63,975 bases of DNA, from positions 58,902,026 to 58,966,000 of the forward strand of contig CM052816.1 of assembly GCA_028534125.1 (NCBI GenBank). Direction: 5' to 3'. Below the pieces are notes generated by a model. That model searched no databases. It was not told where the DNA came from and saw only the letters and a list, made by a program, of their open reading frames with translations. Shown here piece by piece: positions 1 through 13,180 of this stretch (position 1 is the stretch's first letter; each line of letters begins with the position of its first letter). A program made the position numbers and the translations under genes. The DNA is from Lama glama. Lineage: Eukaryota.

Positions 1-1793
1 CAAAACCCCCAACCTCCAACCTATTAGAATTGGATTAATCCACAACTGCAGTGGGTTAACACTGGAAGTTTTTGAATGAAAAGTCGTAGAAGGGGGACTA
101 AAATGTCTTAATCCTTCTCCAAGTCCATGACTGTATGAGGACTTAAATACATGTGAATCTTACTCTGTACCTTTAAAAAAATGCAGGGGAATTCAGAAGA
201 AAACTGCCCCAACAACTTGTACTTCATCTGAGAGAATTTATTTGCTGAAGTTGTTAAAAAAAAAACTTATCTTGAGAGGAGTTCTGCAGCATAAAGGCCT
301 GTAGGCAGCTTCTGGACCCAAAATCCAAACCAAAGAAAGCATACATTGATGTTTTATTCTAATAGAACCTGCAGGGGTCAACTTCTCTCGAAAAGGAAGG
401 TTAAAATTTCACCGCGTATCAAGAGACGTGTTCGTGCTTCTAATCCTCATGTTTAAAAACATGTATATTGGCGGAAAGAATGCCTCACGTCCTTATCAAG
501 TAGGGCATAACAAAATTGGAAATTGGTTCGTGATTTATTGCACCTCCGGCGACACACTGAAGTGTGTAGTAAAATTAACTTTGGGATATACAGTAGCTGC
601 TTGCATAGCATGACTAAAGAAAGACCCTGTGAGGAGGAGAGGTCGCAGATGAATGAGGCCAGAAATGGAAAACTTCCACCGGTGCAGGCAGCACAAATGC
701 GTGTTGTTAGCGTTTGCATTCCATCTTTGTGGCTAGTGGGAACACAGACTCAGCAGGCCCTGGAGGTCCCTCTCTCTTCCTTCCTCCAGCCACCTGGACC
801 CGTGAAAGTCCATCTGATACAAGGGTCTCTTTGTTCGTTGTCAAGTCAGGGCGGCTACCGGTCGGCCAGCAAAGAAAGTCAAGCAGAAGTCCAGGCTGCA
901 GTTACACAAGAGCATATTGTTGCTGCCCCGGGCTTGGGAGGCATTTTTTGGCAAGCAGGACACTTTGAACACCCACAGGAGCCCGGGGCTGTGGACAGAG
1001 CCATGGATGGGGAAAATATTTGATAGCAGAGCCCTTTCTGGAAATTCCCACGTGGTGAACAAGGATGGGCAGTGTAATTTTGGTTTCATATTAAAATTCC
1101 TTGAAGCAGGCCCTAGGACTGCGTCGGTTTCTCAGATCTTTCCCTTAATGAAATTGCCAAATGCAACACTTTAGCATTAGGATTCCATTGCAGAAATATA
1201 AACCAAAAAAGGGGCTAATTTACATTTGTGCCCATGCCATTAATGTAAATTGGTTATTAGCTATTTATGCTAAAGAGCAGCAGTATAAAACATAAAGGTA
1301 GTTTTATGAACTCGATTTTGCCCTCTGAAATCTGCTGTGCATGGAGTTTACATTCAGTGAATTTGTTTCTCCTGCTCCATGCAGTATGGCATTTACTCTG
1401 CCTAATTAACATATTTATTAACAAATTACTGCCCCCCTTTTGCAATTTGCATTTTATAACATCACCACAACGAAGTTAATAAGCCCGGCCCATGCCCTGC
1501 TTTTGTGATTTTACTAGAAAATCGCATTAACCTCTCTGTCTCCTCTTGTCTTCATTTCTTTTTAGGCAGGGGTAATTAAAGAAAAATGGCATTTACAAAC
1601 AGTGATAATGCAGGAATCATGAGGATGTAAATGAGTTTCCATTGTCACATCTTTTTTTTTTAAGACAATGGGCAGGTGTGAGCATGGAAGCGGATTGGGG
1701 AGGCGCATCTCAGCCTTGTGCTTAAAGCTGTCTCTTGCTCACCACTCTGGGAAACATTCTGCCTCCAGGGAAAGAAATACCCACTTCTCATTC

Positions 1794-2346
1794 TGTTAGG
1801 TAGTTAGATAAGTGGAGGCACTGGGCACTTAAGGTGGAGAACAGGGAGGGTGGTCCAGAAGATGTCAGTATGCCTGCCTTCAGCATAAAGGGACTTTACT
1901 TCCTCTGATGAGTGCCAGCAAGAAACTGGTTGGAACTGGAGAGCTGTAACTGTGTGGTAGTGACAAGGACCTAACTGGACATGACCCACTGCTTATTGTA
2001 ATATAATTGGCATTGCAGTGACCCCTCCCGCCCCATGGGTCTTTCTGTGTGCATCATGGGTAAGGACATGCACAGAATGGGACAAGCATGACTAAGCGCT
2101 CCAGGGGCAAGAGCCGTCAATCAATCAAGAGGCCACCTGTAAGCCAGGGCATAAGAGAAGGGCTCAAAGACCATGGCTTTTCCTCCCTTGGATCAGCCCT
2201 CTTCCCATTCTTGAGGGTGTGCTTTCCCTTTGCTAAATAAAACTCTAACATTTTTTGCTACACAACGCTTCTGTCTCCCGTCTGAATTCTTCTCTTTTGG
2301 GTAAGATAAGAACTGGGGTCTTTTCCCTTCCTCTTTTGGGGTAACA
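1794..2346 (+). mobile_element. Solo LTR of an endogenous retrovirus (class I/ERV1-like)
   Basis: Starts TGTTA and ends TAACA (TG...CA inverted termini); flanked by a perfect 4-bp TSD ATTC (1790-1793, 2347-2350); AATAAA at 2236-2241 followed by a T-rich U5-like segment. Confidence 0.85.
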
Positions 2347-2477
2347 ATTCTTTCTCTCATCGCCATCACTCTAGGATGTAGAAACCTTAAGTGAGAAGTC
2401 AAGAGCAAAAGGAATGTGGGAACAATTCTTGAGAAATTAAAAACCATTTATGTACACATCTGTTATAAAAAGCTTCC

Positions 2478-2605
2478 CAGACTGAGTTTCTCAAACTTAG
2501 CAATCAATACTGATGCCTGGGTATCAGGCATCAAAATTAAATTAAACATTCTAGGAGTGGATCCCAGGAGATTCCAATGTGCAGCCTGAATTGAGAACTG
2601 TTGTT
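2478..2605. mobile_element. MER5A-like hAT-Charlie MITE, degenerate
   Basis: Termini tttctcaaact ... gattccaatgtgcagcctgaattgagaac resemble the recalled MER5A consensus. Confidence 0.55.
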
Positions 2606-3974
2606 CCCAATGCTTTTCAGACCAAGAATTCTCAAGTCTTTTGGTGCAGCAATACTCTTTTTTGTTTATTTTTTAATGATACCACCTAAGTGTATGTGAA
2701 GCTTTTAAAATTTATTCTTGAAGTTAAATAAAATGAATTTAGCTTGAGAATTTGGAGTGGAATTTAGTATAAGGCCATATATAAGGGGCATCAATTCTGG
2801 GCCGGAATGCATCATTTATATGAGCATAAGCCTTATTCTTTCACAAGTGGCTTCACTTGAAATTCCACCCTCAAAGCAACATTCATAACAGAGCTTTCTG
2901 ATATATTAGAGACCTATTGGGAGAGGCTGCCTCCAGGACACTTGTTGATTTCACCTGCTTGTCCCCTTTGAGTTTGTTTTTTGCCCCTTTTCTCTTGTTT
3001 CTTGCCCCTTTTCTCGTTTCTTGCTTAGATCTTATTTCTTGACTAGATATAATGCTTCTTTGCAAATGACTTGAAACGCCACAAAAATGTAGTGTAAATA
3101 ACCAGTTATTTAGAGAGATCTGACAGAAGTGGCAGGGAGATGTTATTACAGATATAATATTGAAGAATCTTGTTGGTAATAGCTACGCTTTTCCTGAGGA
3201 ACCTCTCATCATTCTCTTTTCCTAGTTTTAGCCTGGGCTGAGAAATTGCTGTAGGGAACAGGGGCATAGTCCCATCTTCTCATTATATGCCCTTCTGACC
3301 CCATTATGATCACGATCTCTTCATTTTTGACTTAAATCCACATCAGGAAGAGAGGAGGAGTACCTAAGTTAACTGTTGAAAGATGCGCCTGAAAAAAAGG
3401 CTCACAAAGAGGGGAGACTCCATTTATGGGTTTCCACCATTTCCTGGTTCTGAAAGAGGATTTGGGTGAGAAGTCCCAACGTGTGTGATGAGTATGGATT
3501 GTCTCCACGACACTCAGGTGCAATAAAAAAAAAGTACATTTCTTTTTGTCTAGAAGATCAAATTAGGGGTGATTTACCACATTTGTTTCTTAAGTGTCTG
3601 TGGCATCTGCGTCCTTTGCAAGGGACCGTTACTGGGCTCCGTGTTCTTGTGGGCAGGGCAGCCCAAAGCCTGTGCTCTTTGTATTTGTGTCTCTTCTCGC
3701 TGCCAGGTGTGCTTAAGACAGGTTGTATCAGCACAGGAAAAGGAGACAGGGCAGACTAGTTCACTGGAGTAAGACTTAGATGCCCAGTCTAGTGATAATT
3801 CCATGGAGCTATGTTATTTCTCATCAAGCTCATAACTCACCAAGAATGTCACTCCGACTAGAGTCCAAGTGTCCAATTGTCCTGACATTACCCAATATAC
3901 ACAGTAACACTAAGAAGCAATACCCTACATTAATTTAGCACTTAAACTTATGGGAAGGAAGCTACTTAATTTAA

Positions 3975-4428
3975 CTGCAACCACTTTATTAAATGAGGTA
4001 TGATTGCCATGCAAGAAGCTGTATATTTAATGGATCCAACTCCATGAGTCTGGGGATAAGTATATACCTGTGAAACCATCACCACCATCAAGACCATAAA
4101 CATATCAATCTCCTAATGTTTTCTCCCACCCTTTTTATTATTATTAATTTTTTTGGTGATAAGAGCAATTAAACACCAAACCTTTCCTCTTAGCAGATTT
4201 TAAATATGCAGTACAGAATTGTTAGCTACAGGCACTTTGCTGGGTAGTAGGTCTCAAGAACTTACATATCTTGCGTAACTGAAACTTGTGCCCTTTGACT
4301 ATCACCTCTCTGTTGCCCCTCCCTCAACCCCCTGGCAATCACCATTCTACCCACTGCTTCTAGGAGCTAGACTACTGCAGATTCTGCATCTAAGCGAGAT
4401 CATAAAGTGTTTGTCTTTCTGTTTTTTG
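3975..4428 (-). mobile_element. LINE-1 3' end fragment (L1MA/L1MB-like)
   Basis: L1 3' UTR motifs (acctgtgaaaccatcaccaccatcaag; cccctggcaatcaccattctac); degenerate 18-bp TSD ggaagctacttaatttaa (3957-3974) / ggaagccagttaatttaa (4429-4446). Confidence 0.8.
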
Positions 4429-4499
4429 GGAAGCCAGTTAATTTAAATTCTGTGTATCAAGGAAAAGCAAAAAGACCTTAAGGCATGTTTCTTAGCTTA

Positions 4500-4680
4500 G
4501 AACTAGTTCATAGGTCCTCTAAGGGTCTGGCTGGGCTTTGATCTGCTTGTGTATATCCTGAAATTGACTGAAAAAAATTACAGCAAATTTTGAATTCCTT
4601 TTTTGTATAGATGATTTGAGACATCTACTAGATTTTCATGGTTATTCTGGCCTTAAATGTGTTAAAAACTGCTACTGATT
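4500..4680. mobile_element. Old hAT MITE (MER103-like)
   Basis: Recalled similarity (tcctgaaattg...aaattttg...agattttc...ttaaaaactgct); degenerate. Confidence 0.4.
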
Positions 4681-6461
4681 TTGGAATTTAGGATTATGAG
4701 AAAGGTGCATTATGTAGACAGGGTGGGATTTTCAAATAAACCTTTACAAACAAATATTTGCAGCCACCACAGATGTGCTAAATTATAGAGAAGTTGGCTA
4801 AAGCACTCCCTGACTCTTGTTCCTTTGGGTATCAGATTGCCCAGAATAGGGACCCATCAGAGCCAAATGAATGCAGGGGAAGCAAGGAACTGGCAGGAAG
4901 GCAGACATTTCCTAGGCTCACCTTGCCTTGGCTCCCAGTAGAACTGGACAATTTTGGGGTGAAGCTGAGGGGCTGAGTGTTACAGTGGATCCAGAGAGAC
5001 AATAGCCAAGGGCATGACATTTGATGATATTTGATCCATTTCTTTGCTAGTGCAGGTGAATCCTTTGTCCACTGGTCCTGGAAAATGCAAGCAGTGACTA
5101 CTGATTTATTCATCCTTCATCTTCATCCTAAAATAATGGACTCAGGGGTTTCTCAGAGGAAACAGAGCCACGTGGTGCTACATAAATTTCATTACTCTTA
5201 TTATCATCACTCTGATTTTAATTTGATTTAAAAATTTTATTGGCCCTAATTGTAGCAGTTATGAATGTTGATGTTTTTTCTGCCATTTCTAATTTCTATA
5301 AAGAATACAGATCTTTGCTTCTTAATAATTGAAAATGACTCCTGCTTAATGGATTCATGCATTCATACAGAATTTCAATCTTTGTCTTTGATATTAAGGG
5401 TTAGTTCATATTGTTAGCTCCTTTAAAAACTATGCTGTTTTCTAAATCCAGTAATGTTCAATCCATATGATCTAATAGATGATGTTTTTCAGTATGGAGG
5501 AAAACTAGTTAATTTAATTTGGAATGAAAAAAAGGTAAATATTTTTATGTGCAAAAATAAGAATAGTGCTAAATGATATTTTGCTATTGGCTTTTGCTTA
5601 AGATTTTTTTTTTCTCATTTGGAGTAATGCCAAGGGTGGGGGGATCTCTATAGATAAAAGGTAAGAGTGTGTATTCGACTTTGTACCAGGCACACAGGTA
5701 GGTCCTAAAGAGTTAAAATGTATTTGGATCACTCTTATTAAATAGGCTGCTATATTAGGAAGACTGGTGTAAATACCCAGGAAAGGCCTTGTGAGAGCAT
5801 AACCTACTGTATTCTGTTTGTGTTATGGTCACTGAATGCGTAAGCTAATTTTAAATATTAAACTCTAATTATAAAAGACCACTTCCCTGCAGGGTGGGCC
5901 ATGTGGGGAAGGGGGAGGTGAGGACCCGAGGGGTGAGTCACAGGGCCAGATGAATGAGTGGGAGCAGGTGATAACTGGCCAGCATGTGTAGAATCATTTC
6001 TTTGGGTGCAAAGATCCTAGGGAAGAAACTGGGTTTGTTCCTCTGATTGTAATCTGGAAGATGTATTTGGATGGAGTACTTCCACAGAGAGTCCTCACAT
6101 TTTGAGGAATAATAGTAAGCTTCAATTTTAATGAGGGGTAGGGAAGTCCATAGAGAAGAGCCTTAAGTCAGTAATTTGGAGGTACTTTGCACTGAGTGGT
6201 CTGTGGTTCAAGAGAAGTTACTGGAGAAGAGGAGACGTGGGGTTCAGCAAGTGCCTTCATACTCTTGCTGAGAGTCTTGGGGTCAGATTTCTTTGTGTCT
6301 CTGACTGATCTTCTTTACATTTGCTTTACTCATCCTTCCCAGCTCCTTGGTGTTCTAGTAAATGTTGCTTGAATCCAACTACTTTCCTCAGTTGTACGAA
6401 GGGAAAATGGGTAAAGGAGATTGGTTCTGGACTTGGACTCAGAGGGGAATGGGCCCATATG

Positions 6462-6598
6462 GGCAATCCAGCACAGTCTCCCTATTTTAAGGTCAATTGA
6501 TTAGCAAACTTAATTTTTTGCCATATCACATAACATAGTCACATGTTCTGGGGATTCAGATGTGGACATCTTCAGAAGGCCATTATTCTGCCTACCAA
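6462..6598 (-). mobile_element. MaLR LTR fragment (MLT1D/E-like)
   Basis: ctccctattttaaggtca...ggattcagatgtggacatctt...ggccattattctgcctacca is a typical MLT1 terminus. Confidence 0.7.
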
Positions 6599-6599
6599 A

Positions 6600-6772
6600 G
6601 ATGGAAACGTTCTGTATCAATGCTGTCTAACATAGTAGCCACAAGCCACGTGTAGCTATCTAAATTTAATTGAAATAAAATTAAACGTCTGGTTCTTCAG
6701 TCACGTTAGCCACACTGCAAGTGCTTGATAGCCACATGTGGTTGTTGGTTAGCATAATGGACAGTGCCACTC
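6600..6772. mobile_element. MER3/MER33-like hAT-Charlie MITE
   Basis: atggaaacgttctgtatc...gctgtctaacatagtagccac...gccacatgtgg...ggacagtgc matches the recalled MER3/MER33 palindromic structure. Confidence 0.7.
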
Positions 6773-7224
6773 TAGGGAGGTAGGAAGAGCCAGTTGATGT
6801 CGGCCCTGATGCTTCTCAACCTCTTCCATTAAAGAATGCTTGAGAGTAAATGAACCAGCACCTATGGCAACAGGAGATGTGGAGTGGCCCAATGAGACCC
6901 AGTTCAAACACCAACATTTTAAAAAGAGTCTTACTAATTTTTATTTTGTTCAATAATATATTCAAGTTTTTTTAAAATTAAAAAATATATTTCCAAATCT
7001 TTAACTAAAACCAGCATTCTGGAAAATTCACCATGTTTATTCCAGAACTCCCTTGGCCCATTGCCACACACTCCATTGCTGATACATATACCAACAGGTG
7101 AAGCCTAGCTGTAGAAATTTCTGGGCAGAGGAGGAATATGATCAGATTTGAAGAGGACCCCAGGGAGCAAAGGGGCAGATGGCTTTGATAGGAGGTAGAC
7201 TAGAGGGAAGGAGACCAGCTAAGA

Positions 7225-7588
7225 GGATGATTACATCTCCTGGCTCTCTTTAACTCAGGTGACATTATGTGACTTGCTTTGGCCAATGAAATAGGAGCCA
7301 AAGTAACACACATCACTTTGGGACAGAAGCTTTGAAAGCCAGTTCCTGCTTCATGATGCTTTCTTTTCCCTCTTGTAATACTTTCTTCCCCAACAACAAA
7401 TAATGTTTCAGATGAAGGCTGTTCCATCAACCTTGATCTCAGATTGAAGTCAGTGTGGAGCAGAGCTGCAGTTGACCCTCAGTGGGCATACTGTGTGAGG
7501 AAGAAACTAATTCACATTTTCGTCAACCACTGAGATTTTGGGGTTATTTGTTACCTCAGCAGATCTTAGCCTATCCTGTTTGATACAG
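7225..7588 (+). mobile_element. MaLR LTR (MLT1I/J-like)
   Basis: gtgacttgctttggccaatgaaat ... ccactgagattttggggttatttgttacc...cctatcctgtttgataca; typical MLT1 3' terminus. Confidence 0.75.
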
Positions 7589-9904
7589 AGATCGTGCAAG
7601 ATATTTGGACAGAGGTCTTGGCTGTATAAAATGTTCATTAAGAGATATGTTGACTTAAAAATGGTTGCAGCTCATGGGGGATCCTCAGCCTTAAGATTTA
7701 TTTATGCTGTTTCCTTGTCTTTATATAACAGCCATTCTCTTTTTATATGTCAAGTTAAGGTTCTTTTTACTATTTAATTTATGCTTTAGACAAATCAAAT
7801 TATATAGTGCTAAGATCATTTCATGAGAATACTCTCTGATTGGATTTAGGTTGCAAAAACAGAGCATTGAAACAATTTAGTGGAGATACAAGATTTTTCT
7901 GTTAATTAGAATTGTTGAAAATTGAGAAGATGGGTGTGCATCTTTCAGATGACTTTCCTCCCGGGTTTATTCTATTGAGTAGTCATTAGTTTGAGATTGC
8001 CTTTCCAACCCTAAAGCCAAAAAATAGATACAATTGTGATAGCTATTTTTATAAAGAGTTGAGCACTAAAAGTAAGTTAGTGGTTGACTGGGATCCTTTT
8101 GCCCTTGCCCTCATCAGTCATCACTGATACTATCTGTTTCCTCAGAGCAGTAAATAATGGTACTATTATATCTGATAAACAACATTTATTCCAGAGTCCA
8201 AAACTGGTATGTATGTCCCAAATGTATCCATCCTTCCTCCGGGGATGGAGATTTTAATAGTAAGAAGAGACCCAGTAGCAACATGAGAAAAAAAACGCTG
8301 TGCATCACCCATGGTAGTTATGTCAGTTTTTTGGTCCAACTTTGAGATGCTTATATTATTGTTACTTGACCTATTTATGTGCATAAATAAAGGCTTGGAA
8401 AGAGAGTGGAGTTACCGGTGGTGGGGAGGAGAGCAGGTATATTAAAATAGCTGGAGGGTTTATAGTGGCTTGACTGAGGTCCACTGTTCACCTGGATGGG
8501 TTTCTGTTTCCTTTTCTTATTTCCTCTAGTACAAAAATACCCTTTGTTGCTCTTTATTGGCCAAAAATACAAATCTTAAAAAACAGAGAAGCCACAACCC
8601 ATCCACTTTTCATGGACTGTTAAATGGTGGAGCTGAGGGAAGATGGTGGCACACAAGGCTGATGTACTACTTCAGCAGGACTCAAGAGGGGGTAGACTGT
8701 TTGCTTCTATTGACAAAATTCTTCCCTTGTCAGGGGAAACATGTCAGGGAGGAAGATGTATTAGGTGGTGTCTTTGTTCTTCCATGACATTCTTAGGCTG
8801 TTTTGGAAAGGGGTCAGGAAAACTTTCATACATTTTCAGGGGATTGGGCTATGTATATTTGATTTCATACACCATGTATTTTTGATGTGTTTTCTTACAT
8901 AACCACTCTGCACTCAGTACAGAGCAGAGTTGACATTTCCTCCCCAACAAGGGAAGACTTTTATCAATAGAAGCTTTTCTACGCAATGAGCCAGGAAACT
9001 GCGTAGCAGAGTGATATGTCTTAAATTGTTATAAAGTAAATCATATTTCCTCTTAGGAGCTATAGTAAAATTAAAGATTATTTTTCTGACTGAAGGGTTG
9101 AAAGTAAATAAATCACAGATATCTAAGTATATTGTAGAGGAGAGATACAGGGGTAAACTTCAGTAATAATTTAGATGGTAAATTAATGAAGTAATAAAAC
9201 AAGTGTAAATCCTCAAGGAAGGGCCAATGTAATGTAAAGCACACATACAACACAGGGAAACTCACACATCATGAATTTGACCCCAAATTAATGATAGCCA
9301 TAACAAACATTGATTAAACACTAAATTACCCACAATTTTATTTGCCTCCTTAGGACTGATTTATTTGCCACCTTGGGAGTCATGCTCTGGGCCTTTGGAA
9401 GAGAAAATCCAATGAAGTTTTAACCAATGTTTCCTTTTTCTGTTACAGTAAATTTCCATGTAGAAGACAAGCACTATTGACCTTCATCACTGATCTTAAA
9501 ATAGCAGGTGTTTTTAAAATGAGGATTATTTTCCACTGTGGGGCTTCTTCCTCCAAATATTATCTCCTAAAAAGAGGCTGATTATTCCATTCACAATAGC
9601 ACAATAGCACAATAGGATGAAGTACATAGGGATACTCTTAACAAGAAACTTTCAGTTTTAATATGAAGAAAACTAAAAATTTTAAGAGAAATAAGATTTT
9701 TTTTTTGTGGGGAGTGGGGTTGAATGTCTTAAAGATATGAATTATGTTATTTTTTGAAATAACTTTAATAGAATTCTAATTCTTAGTCATGTAAGATATT
9801 TTGGGGACTTAAAATAATTCCAGAATGGTCCTGGGAGGATGAACAGAAAATGGCCAAAAAACTTTTTGACAAAGAATCAGTGAGAGAACACTTGTACTAT
9901 CATG

Positions 9905-10652
9905 TGTTACATTGCTTCACACCAATTAGGGTGGCTGCTATTAAAAAAGAAGACAAGTATCAGTGAGGATGCAGAGAAATTAGGGCCTTTGTGCATTACT
10001 GGTGGGAATGTCAGCTGGTGCTGCTTCTTTGGAAAACAGGGTGGCAGTTCCTCGAAATTAAACATACAGGATTGCCATTTGATCCAGCAATTCCACTTCT
10101 AGATATATACACAAAAGAATTGAAAGCAGGGACTCAAACAGATACTTGTACACCAGTGTTCATGGCAGTGTTATTCACGACAGCCAAAAGGTCAAAACCA
10201 CCCAAATGTTTTATCGACAGATAAATGAATAAACAAAATGTGGTATATACATCTGAGGGAACACTACTCAGCCTTAAAGAGGGATGAAATTAGGACACAT
10301 GCTACAACATGGAACCTGGAAGACGTAATGCTAAGTGAAATAAGCTGGATGTAAAAGGACAAATATTGTATAATTCTACTTACATGAGGTACCTAGAACA
10401 GTCAAATTCACAGAGGCAGAATGTAGAACACTGGTTGCCAGGGCTTGGAAGGAGAGGGGGTGGGGTGTTATTGTTTCATGGGTATGAGTGTCAGTTTGGG
10501 AAGATGGAAGAGTTCTGGAGGTGGATGGTGGTAATGGTTGTACAATATTGTGAGTGTACTTAATGTCACTGAACTATACACTTGTTAAAATGGTAAATTA
10601 AAAAAATGGTAAATTTTATAATGTTACACATATCTTAATACAATAAAAAAGT
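9905..10652 (+). mobile_element. LINE-1 3' end (L1MB-like) including the ORF2 C-terminal remnant
   Basis: ORF 9991-10224 HYWWECQLVLLLWK...LPFDPAIPLLDIY resembles the L1 ORF2 C-terminus ([14 protein letters not shown]...DPAIPLLGIY); L1MB-type 3' UTR ending caataaaaaa. Confidence 0.88.
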
Positions 10653-10887
10653 CCAAAAACTGTATTATAAAGTTATAGTAGGTAAAATAGCAGAGTAATT
10701 GCTCAAGATTGGTGCTCAGTTCACCATAACCACATGGATAGTCAAGAAAGAAGCTCTACAATGTCAATGAATTTAGTATCTGATATAAATAGCCATCATA
10801 ATAAATTGGGAAAAAAGAGTTATTTAATGACTACTGGGACAATTAGTGACCTATTTTGGGTAAAAATACACACTAAGCTCTTACTAT

Positions 10888-10931
10888 AATCTAAAATACT
10901 AGGTGGCTCAATCTAAAATACTAGGTGGTTC
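10888..10931. repeat. 22-bp tandem duplication
   Basis: aatctaaaatactaggtggctc followed by aatctaaaatactaggtggttc. Confidence 0.9.
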
Positions 10932-11364
10932 AAAGTGTTCAGTTAAAAACTGAAAACATGAGAATACTGTGTAATCTCAGGATGGGGAAAGACTTTCTAA
11001 AAACAAAAATAATAGCATTATAAAGAAAAATTTGGTTGGTTTCATGCATAAAAATACTTCTGCATATAAAAACAATCATAAGATATCAAAAAGACTGGTG
11101 ATAACTAGAAAAAAATTCATTGACAAAGGGCTTCCTAACATTATCCTGTACATAGTTAATGCAAATATGGACAATTTAAAGGAGAAAAAAATAGGGGTTG
11201 ATATTAATGTTGAGTCTTGCTAGAAATCTAAGGTTTGTAATTTTTTTTTGCCTGTCTACGAACAAAGCTATTATTAAAGATAGTGCTCAATTTGTAGGAG
11301 TTTGGGGTGGGAATAGACACTGATGCAACACAGATAGACAGCCTTTCAGGAAAGCTGTAGCAGG

Positions 11365-12180
11365 ATTCTGTTGGTTTTGACAGAGACTCAGCTTAAACTA
11401 GTTGAAGCAAAAGGGGAATTTTTTTGGTGTACGCAGCTGAGCAGTTCAAAGAATGGAAGTGGCTCTATGCAAAGTTGGGTCCAGTAGTTCAAATGATTCA
11501 TTCTGCCTCTATCTCTGTCTCTCTTGTTTTCTTGTCTCTGGTTGGCTGTGTTCTCAGGCAAGCTCTCTCCACGTGGTGAAGAAACAGCTGCTGGCAGACC
11601 CAAGTTTACAGTATTCTTCCTGCTTGCATTCCTAGAGAAAGAGAGAGAGAGTGAGAGTGGGCATCTTAAAAAAAATGACAGCTTTATTGAGATATAATTC
11701 ATATACCATCCAAATCCACCAGTTTAAAACATATAATTACATTATTTTTAGTATATTCACAGACTTGTGCAACCATCACCACAGTCAAGTTTAGAGCATT
11801 TCCATCACCCCAAAAAGAAACCTCATACCACTGGCCACCCTCATTTCCTGCCCAGACCCTTCCCAACACCTCAGGCAAACACTAATCTACTTTTTGTCTC
11901 TATAGATTTGCCTGAGAGTGAGCATCTTTTGAAATCCCTCCAGCAAAAGTCCTGGGGAAACTCCAGTTAGCCTGGCTTGGGTTATGTATCCATCCTTGAA
12001 CCACTTATTAGGTCAAGGGGATGGAGTCCTCGTACTGGCCAGGTCACTGTCTCAGCTCTGGGGCCATAAGGTGGGATCAGCCACATCTGAGCCACTTGCT
12101 TTGGGCAGGATTCCTCTGGAATGGGAAGCAGTTCTCCAAAGACAGGAGAGCTGAGAAGGTACGTGAGTGTCCACACCAAG
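11365..12180 (-). mobile_element. MaLR LTR (MLT1J/K-like), split by an L1 insertion
   Basis: caggattctgttggttttgacagagactcagcttaaact...; gttatgtatccatccttgaaccac...gggatggag...ggccaggtcac are recalled old MLT1 motifs. Confidence 0.55.
11668..11912 (-). mobile_element. LINE-1 3' end (L1MB-like)
   Basis: cagctttattgagatataattcatataccat...ggcaaacactaatctactttttgtctctatagatttgcct; 16-bp TSD tgagagtg(g/a)gcatctt at 11652-11667 and 11913-11928. Confidence 0.88.
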
Positions 12181-12476
12181 GGCAACTTGGCAGTACGTAC
12201 TCAGAGTTTTTAAAACATACAGTCTCTGAGCAGCATTCCAGGATCAGAACTTTATCCTAAAGGAAGGACCAGAAACCGACTTTCACTTCTGTGCCAGTGG
12301 TGATGGGTGGGAAGTAGAGAAGGAAGCAGAGAACAGCAGCTCTTCTACTGGTAGAGAAGAAGGGAGGTCGTACCCACATGTGAATGAAGGTGCGGTGCCC
12401 TCCTTGAGCAGGGAGCACTTCCAAAGGACTCTAAAGCTTTCGACCTCAGCTTCTCCTAAGGGCATCAGTGCGGCAT

Positions 12477-13180
12477 TGCTGAAACATGGCCTCTGTACCC
12501 TGCTTACTGAATTGAGATTTGAAGACAGAGTTTTGGATAAAGTAGAAAAGGTGGCTTTATTTCTTTGCCAGGCAAACGAGAGCACAGTGGGCTAACGCCA
12601 CTAAGACTGTGAGCCCACTGAGGAGAGAAGGCAAGGGGTTTTATGGTAAGAGTCTAAAGGACAGCATTGGTTTCCATGTGGTAAAAAGTTGTTGCAAGGT
12701 TGTTCTTGTTTTTGCAGATACAAAAGGCTTCTTCTTTCTGCTGTGTATGAAGTTCACCTCCAGCCTTGAGACTCTTCTGAGACTCTTATGCTTATAGGAA
12801 GGGGTTCTGTGAAAAAGATCTCCAAAGGAAAGCTTGTGCAGTTTAAAGTCAGGTTGATAAATGCTTCTAGTGCTTTAGGGAGGCTGAGGCCTGGGACCTC
12901 TCGCTGTAGGCTAAGGCTTGCACCTTGAACAACAGGATACAAAGAAATCACAAGAGGCTAAAAATAACTACAGACATGCACAGTTAGGGTGAGTTATGAA
13001 TAACAAGATGTACAAACACTCAATTGCAAGAGGGTAGACCAACCAAGGTTCCCCCATCCTCCTCTGCAGCCTAATCCTGGTCAGCAAAGGTACATTAAAA
13101 AACCCTTTAAATTATTACACACTTAAACAGTTACAAATTCAATGTGGCCACTGATGACAATAGGGTCCTGCTTGGTTACA
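12477..13180 (-). mobile_element. Solo LTR of an endogenous retrovirus (ERV1-like)
   Basis: Minus strand starts TGTAACCAAGCAGGACCC and ends GTTTCAGCA; perfect 4-bp TSD GCAT (12473-12476, 13181-13184); minus-strand AATAAA (tttatt 12556-12561) and a TATA-like CATAAAA near 12640. Confidence 0.82.

Larger units (their letters stand above)
9585..11210 (+). mobile_element. Old LINE-1 relic (L1M/L1ME-like), interrupted by a younger L1
   Basis: A-rich degenerate ORF2-like sequence (ccattcacaatagc; aaactgtattataaagttatagt) flanking the younger insertion. Confidence 0.55.

Noticed and set aside
523..1023. 166-aa + strand ORF
   Set aside because: No recognisable domain, non-ATG start, no clear splice context; ORFs of this length arise by chance
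2511..2533. 9-bp hairpin tgatgcctg-ggtat-caggcatca
   Set aside because: Lies inside a MER5A-like MITE, a naturally palindromic family; short stem
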